64,000 nt of DNA, taken from contig JBNKHE010000002.1 of the NCBI GenBank assembly GCA_050290185.1, positions 128,001 to 192,000 of the forward strand. The letters are read 5' to 3'. The translations under genes were made by a program, and so were the position numbers. Shown here piece after piece: positions 59,297 through 64,000 of this stretch. Position 1 is the stretch's first letter, and the number at the start of each line of letters is the position of its first letter. Source of the stretch: Pontiella sp. (GTDB lineage: Bacteria; Verrucomicrobiota; Kiritimatiellia; Kiritimatiellales; Pontiellaceae). Below the pieces are notes generated by a model. It saw only the letters and a program-made list of their open reading frames with translations. It was not told the DNA's origin and did no database searches.

Positions 59297-60085
59297 ATGA
59301 ATGAAATCAACCTGACCCACCTCCTTGATGTTGCGATCTGCGCGGCGGAAGCCGCCGGCAAGCATGCATTGGAAAACAAGCACCGGCGAACGGATACCAC
59401 CGAAACCTTCTCGCACGATGTGAAACTGGTGCTCGATGCGGAATGCCAGAAAATCGCGGAAGAGGTCATAGCCTCTGAATTCCCCGAACACGGCATCCTC
59501 GGAGAGGAAGATGTACGGCCAAACAGGGATGTGGCCTATGAATGGATCATTGATCCCATCGACGGAACCTTGAATTATACCCATGGCTTCCCGTATTGGT
59601 GTTGCTCCATCGCGGTGCGCCATCACCAGAAGATTCTGGCAGGCTGCGTGTATGCACCCGAGTTCGGCGACTATTATACCGCGCATATCGAACAGCCGGC
59701 AAAATTGAACGGCGAACCGATTCAGGCTTCCGGCACGATGCAACTGCAGGACGCATTGGTCTTCACGGGGCTTCCCAAAGAGTTGGAGAGCAAGCGGGAG
59801 TCGCATTTCGAAATGTTCCGCATGCTCGCCCTTAACACCCAGAAATTCCGCATCAATGGTGCCGCAGCGCTCGACATCTGCCATGTTGCAGCCGGCTCCA
59901 GCGATGGTTTTTTCGAAAGCGGCATCTATCTTTGGGACTTTGCCGCAGCCGGACTCATTGCCGAACAGGCCGGCGCGGTGCTGTCGCTCTATTCGCAAAA
60001 GAACGAACCAAACGGTTACTCGGTACTTTGTGCCAACAAACACCTAATCAATGGCCTTCGCGCCGTCTACACCAAGTGCATCTGA
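59297..60085 (+). CDS. suhB: Inositol monophosphatase-family protein
   Basis: GILGEE, WIIDPIDGTLNY, GAAALDICHVA, WDFAAAGLI. Confidence 0.9.
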   Translation: MNEINLTHLLDVAICAAEAAGKHALENKHRRTDTTETFSHDVKLVLDAECQKIAEEVIASEFPEHGILGEEDVRPNRDVAYEWIIDPIDGTLNYTHGFPYWCCSIAVRHHQKILAGCVYAPEFGDYYTAHIEQPAKLNGEPIQASGTMQLQDALVFTGLPKELESKRESHFEMFRMLALNTQKFRINGAAALDICHVAAGSSDGFFESGIYLWDFAAAGLIAEQAGAVLSLYSQKNEPNGYSVLCANKHLINGLRAVYTKCI

Positions 60086-60088
60086 CCT

Positions 60089-60928
60089 ATGGCTAAGAAA
60101 AATAAGAAGAAGACCCCACCGGACCTGCACTGGCTCTATGAAGCCTCGGTGCAAAACGTAGACACCGATCTGGATATCGGCCAAAGGATCTACAGGAAAC
60201 ACTGGAAGCGGAAGCCGAAAACGGTACGCGAAGATTTTTGCGGCACCGCCAAGCTTGCGGTGCGCTGGGTAGAGCGGGACAAGAAGCACGAGGCATGGGG
60301 CATCGATTTCCATCAGCCGACTCTCGATTGGGGCGTGAAGCACAATCTATCGACACTCTCGGATGAACAGCAAAGCCGTGTTCACCTGATCTGCGGAGAT
60401 GTCCTCGAGGCCAAAACGCCCAAGGTGGATATGGCTCTTGCTCTCAACTTTTCCTTCTGTGTATTCAAGCAACGCGACCAGCTCCGCAACTATTTCAAGC
60501 GCGTGGCCGAGGCCCTCAACGACGAAGGCCTGTTCCTGATGGATATCTACGGGGGGTCCGAATCGGTACTCGTCAAGAGTGACGATGTTCGGGAAATTCC
60601 CGGCTTCACCACACCCGAGGGCGTGAAAATTTCCGACTTCGAATATCTATGGGAACAAGCCGAGTACAATCCCATCACTCACGACACCGTCTGCCACATC
60701 CACTTCAAGGTGCCCGGCTACGGTTCCATTAACAAAGCCTTTACCTACGACTGGCGCCTTTGGACCCTCCCGGAAATCCAGGAGGTGCTTCTCGAGGCCG
60801 GCTTCTCCAAGACCGAGGTCTACCTGCACGATTTTGACGACGAAGGCGAATCCGACGAAATCTTCCGTCTTCGCAAAACCTACGAAAACGTCCAGGGCTG
60901 GGTCGCCTACGTAGTGGGCATAAAATAA
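60089..60928 (+). CDS. Class I SAM-dependent methyltransferase
   Basis: LYEASVQ, REDFCGTA, WGID, ALNFS, YDWRLWTLPE. Confidence 0.8.
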   Translation: MAKKNKKKTPPDLHWLYEASVQNVDTDLDIGQRIYRKHWKRKPKTVREDFCGTAKLAVRWVERDKKHEAWGIDFHQPTLDWGVKHNLSTLSDEQQSRVHLICGDVLEAKTPKVDMALALNFSFCVFKQRDQLRNYFKRVAEALNDEGLFLMDIYGGSESVLVKSDDVREIPGFTTPEGVKISDFEYLWEQAEYNPITHDTVCHIHFKVPGYGSINKAFTYDWRLWTLPEIQEVLLEAGFSKTEVYLHDFDDEGESDEIFRLRKTYENVQGWVAYVVGIK

Positions 60929-60954
60929 GCACGTCGCCCCAACGGACACGAAAC

Positions 60955-61608
60955 ATGACCAAGAAACAACGCGCCGAATACATTGCCCGCAAGCTCGACG
61001 AGCTCTATCCCGAAATCCCCATCCCGCTCGATCATACCGATGCCTATACCCTGCTGATCGCCGTACTGCTCTCGGCGCAGTGCACCGACAAGCGCGTCAA
61101 CATGGTCACGCCCGCCCTGTTCGCCAAAGCCTCCACGCCGCAGGAAATGGCGAAGCTTTCCGTAGAGGAAATTCTTGAATGCATCAAAACCTGCGGGCTC
61201 GCCAACAGCAAGGCGAAGAACATTAAGCGCCTATCGGAAATGCTGGTCGAAAAATACGACGACGAAGTGCCGCACACGTTCAAGGAGTTGGAACAACTGC
61301 CGGGCGTGGGCCACAAGACCGCCAGCGTCGTAATGATCCACGCTTTCAAGATTCCGGCCTTCCCGGTCGATACCCATATCCACCGCCTCGCCCAGCGCTG
61401 GGGGCTCACCAACGGGAAAAACGTCGAGCAGACCGAGGCCGACTGTAAAAAGCTGTGGCCGCCGGAGGATTGGGAAAAGCTCCATCTGCAGATCATCACC
61501 TACGGCCGTGAACATTGCACCGCCCGCGGCTGCGACGGCACCAAGTGCGAAATCTGCCGCACCACCCATCCAAACCGCAAAAAGCCTTTCGTTGCGAACA
61601 AGGCGTAG
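60955..61608 (+). CDS. nth: Endonuclease III
   Basis: LIAVLLSAQCTDKRVN, LPGVGHKTA, FPVDTHIHRL, four-Cys Fe-S motif. Confidence 0.96.
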   Translation: MTKKQRAEYIARKLDELYPEIPIPLDHTDAYTLLIAVLLSAQCTDKRVNMVTPALFAKASTPQEMAKLSVEEILECIKTCGLANSKAKNIKRLSEMLVEKYDDEVPHTFKELEQLPGVGHKTASVVMIHAFKIPAFPVDTHIHRLAQRWGLTNGKNVEQTEADCKKLWPPEDWEKLHLQIITYGREHCTARGCDGTKCEICRTTHPNRKKPFVANKA

Positions 61609-61619
61609 CCTAAAGGCTC

Positions 61620-64000
61620 TTAGCTACGGGTAATCTGCAATCCCGTTTCGGAGAGCGAGAAATCGACGAAACGTGCGCCGTTGTTGGGCGGATCGTTTTC
61701 GAGCCGTTGCCGGATACGCAAAGCCGCATCGGCATCCCGGGCAATCATGAACAGATAACCTCCTCCACCGGCACCCAGTAACTTGGCGGCGGCCAGATCA
61801 TCGCCTGCCTGATCAAGGATGCTTTGCACAGCAGGAGGATTGGTTCCGGGGTCGAGTTGCTTGTTCAGCGACCAACTACGCCGCACGGCATCCGCGAACC
61901 CCGCGAAATCGTGCCGCTGAATCGCGTCGTGGCAAAAACCGGCCGCCTGCGCAATGGCATCGACGGTCGCCAACCGGTCCTGCGAGTTGAGGAAGATACC
62001 GCGCACGATTTCCCCGAGAATATCATGCGCCACACGGGTGATTCCGGTGTAGTAGAGCAGCATGCGCGCCTTTTCGGGGCCTTGGAAAAACCGGCCCGGA
62101 AGCCAGCGCACCTCCGGCTCCTGCTGCAGCCCGGGAACCGTCTTGACCAGCTTTATGCCCGGAAAGATTCCGCCAACCTGATCCTGCCATCCACCGCCGC
62201 TGGTCAGCAGCTGCTCCAGCGCCAGCGTCCGCTGCGCAATTTCAACCCGATCCCAAGCCAGCCCGCCGAAATCGGACAATACGCCGAGAATGGTGGCCGC
62301 GAGGATGCTGCTGGTGCCAAGCCCCGATCCTTTTGGGATGGCCGAGAGCATCGAAATTTCCACCCCGCCGCCCATGTCGCGTAGCTGTTCTTCGAGCGAA
62401 GCGTAGCGACCTCCGTTAAAATCCGGATGGAATCCCGCTAGGGCGAAGGCCGCGCGGGCGAGCGTGAAGCCGCTATCCAGTTGGTCGTAGGCCCGGACAT
62501 CGTCGTAGGTTTCCAGTTGTTCGGCCAGTCCAAGATCGATGGAACGGATGGTCAGCACAGGTTGGTCGGTCTGGCGGGCAAACACCTGGATGGGCGGCTG
62601 GCCGTTTAGTTCAATCGCGATATTCAGCACGGCACCGCCATGCTCCAGACTGTACGGCGGCGTATCGGCCCAGCCGCCGGCAAAGTCCATCCGCACCGGG
62701 CAGCGTCCCCAGACAATCTGGTCCTTCAGCAGAGTACAGGAAGGCACGACCGGGTTCTGCCGGTAGGGATCGACGATGAGGTCGCGCAATACCTGAAAAG
62801 CTTCCTTTTCGGCGGCCTCCCAGTTTGCGTCGCCACGGCGGCGCATCACGGCGGCGCGGAACATGCGGTCGTGCAGGGCGATCATCGGGTTGCGCAGATT
62901 GGCTATCTCCACCGGCGCCGGCAATTCATACGCACCTTCCGCGTACAGGTCAGCCACCGCCTCTAGATCGAGCTTGTAGAACACGCTGTGCTCGGCATGG
63001 CGGGCCATGACTGGCAGGGCCGATTTACACAGGATATTGCGCTGTGCATACATGCGTTCTAGATTGGCCGACTGACTCAACTGGCGAGCCGATAGACGCC
63101 GGGCCTCCAGCCACATGCTTCGCCATTTTTCCGACTCCTCGGGCTCCGCTGCGAACATCCATTTCACAAAACCGGCCTCGAAGGTTTCCATGACCGGGAA
63201 GAGCGGAGCCAGCTGCAAATCGCAATCCGGCTCAATCCCGGCCGCTTCGAGTGAAATGCCACGAGCGTCGAACCATTGGATTGCCGGACGGTTTATCCAG
63301 CGCGTCGCAGCGTTGCCCATCGGACCGCGGAACGCATCGAAATATCCATAAACCCGCAATGCGGTTGCCTGTTGCACGGGAACGAAATCGAGGCAAACGC
63401 CGTTTTCCAGCTCCAGCTCCCAGTCGTTTTCCGGCACCCCGGTCAGAATGTTTTCCGCAGCGATGCGCCAACTGGCCGGAACATGGCTGTTTTCAACCCA
63501 CAGCGAATGGTTTTCCTCCCGGCGCAGCGGGGCGCGGAAATCGGAGTTCTGGATGAACTGCCGCGGCTGGGCCATGGAAGGAACCGCTCCAAGTTTGGAT
63601 TGATCGGCGACGATGTTCTGGAGTTCGTAGATGGATTGCATCATGTCGCCGCAGGTGCCGAAGTGGTAGAATTCCGCGTCGGGAAGCGGAACCACGGCGG
63701 TTGTTAACTGCCCGACTTCGGCATCCTGGTCAACCGGCTCTGAGCCGAGACTGAGTGCCCAGCGGCCGTACAAATCATACGTATCCGGCAGGTCGTTGCC
63801 GAAGGCCTGAAGCTCGGTGTTCCAGCCGCTCTTTTTCATGAGGCAGTTTACGGCCCGCTCGCTCAACAGCCAGATCCCGACATCGATCAGGAAGGCTTGG
63901 TCTCGCGACTTTTCGCGGATGAGGCCGGGCGCCGGTTTTTGCAGGAAGGTTACCAACTTTTCCGGATGATCCGGGTCGCAGAACATGACGCCGAAATTCT
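61620..64000 (-). CDS. fkp: Bifunctional fucokinase/L-fucose-1-phosphate guanylyltransferase; 5' end lies outside the window
   Basis: DVGIWLLS, EFYHFGT, PVRMDFAGGW.DTPPY, IPKGSGLGTSSILA, GGGWQDQ, KLLGAGGGG. Confidence 0.93.
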   Translation of the reverse strand, partial: NFGVMFCDPDHPEKLVTFLQKPAPGLIREKSRDQAFLIDVGIWLLSERAVNCLMKKSGWNTELQAFGNDLPDTYDLYGRWALSLGSEPVDQDAEVGQLTTAVVPLPDAEFYHFGTCGDMMQSIYELQNIVADQSKLGAVPSMAQPRQFIQNSDFRAPLRREENHSLWVENSHVPASWRIAAENILTGVPENDWELELENGVCLDFVPVQQATALRVYGYFDAFRGPMGNAATRWINRPAIQWFDARGISLEAAGIEPDCDLQLAPLFPVMETFEAGFVKWMFAAEPEESEKWRSMWLEARRLSARQLSQSANLERMYAQRNILCKSALPVMARHAEHSVFYKLDLEAVADLYAEGAYELPAPVEIANLRNPMIALHDRMFRAAVMRRRGDANWEAAEKEAFQVLRDLIVDPYRQNPVVPSCTLLKDQIVWGRCPVRMDFAGGWADTPPYSLEHGGAVLNIAIELNGQPPIQVFARQTDQPVLTIRSIDLGLAEQLETYDDVRAYDQLDSGFTLARAAFALAGFHPDFNGGRYASLEEQLRDMGGGVEISMLSAIPKGSGLGTSSILAATILGVLSDFGGLAWDRVEIAQRTLALEQLLTSGGGWQDQVGGIFPGIKLVKTVPGLQQEPEVRWLPGRFFQGPEKARMLLYYTGITRVAHDILGEIVRGIFLNSQDRLATVDAIAQAAGFCHDAIQRHDFAGFADAVRRSWSLNKQLDPGTNPPAVQSILDQAGDDLAAAKLLGAGGGGYLFMIARDADAALRIRQRLENDPPNNGARFVDFSLSETGLQITRS

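Overview
A mostly chromosomal, moderately GC-rich bacterial window. Gene content (lamin-tail/LamG surface protein, several SHD1-like secreted proteins, fkp, double-domain Ndk) suggests a PVC-group organism, probably Kiritimatiellota/Verrucomicrobia-like; this is an inference. It holds core genes (lon, typA, ruvAB, adk-like, ppiC, pgm, aspC, ndk, eno, ftsB, thiD, suhB-like, nth, fkp), an arsR-acr3-arsC-arsD-arsA operon, a CzcCBA-type RND efflux operon, an Rrf2-flavodiiron-rubredoxin cluster, a TldD/TldE pair, two tandem SPFH genes and an nfeD-floA operon. I saw no rRNA, tRNA, CRISPR array, integrase or transposase. The most unusual items are: (1) a LolA-like/serpin fusion with an intact inhibitory hinge next to lon; (2) a 2.1 kb islet bounded by a perfect 37-bp direct repeat of the arsA 3' end; (3) a dispersed set of intergenic cassettes made of inverted short tandem repeats (periods 7, 9, 10, 15) plus REP-like palindromes, one of which appears to supply the start of thiD; (4) a candidate minus-strand sRNA with an anti-Shine-Dalgarno loop; (5) a pair of SPFH proteins, each with a triplicated N-terminal module; (6) a Cas4-like/DEDD double-nuclease (DUF2779-type) gene. 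All family calls come from reading motifs by eye; no database searches were run.
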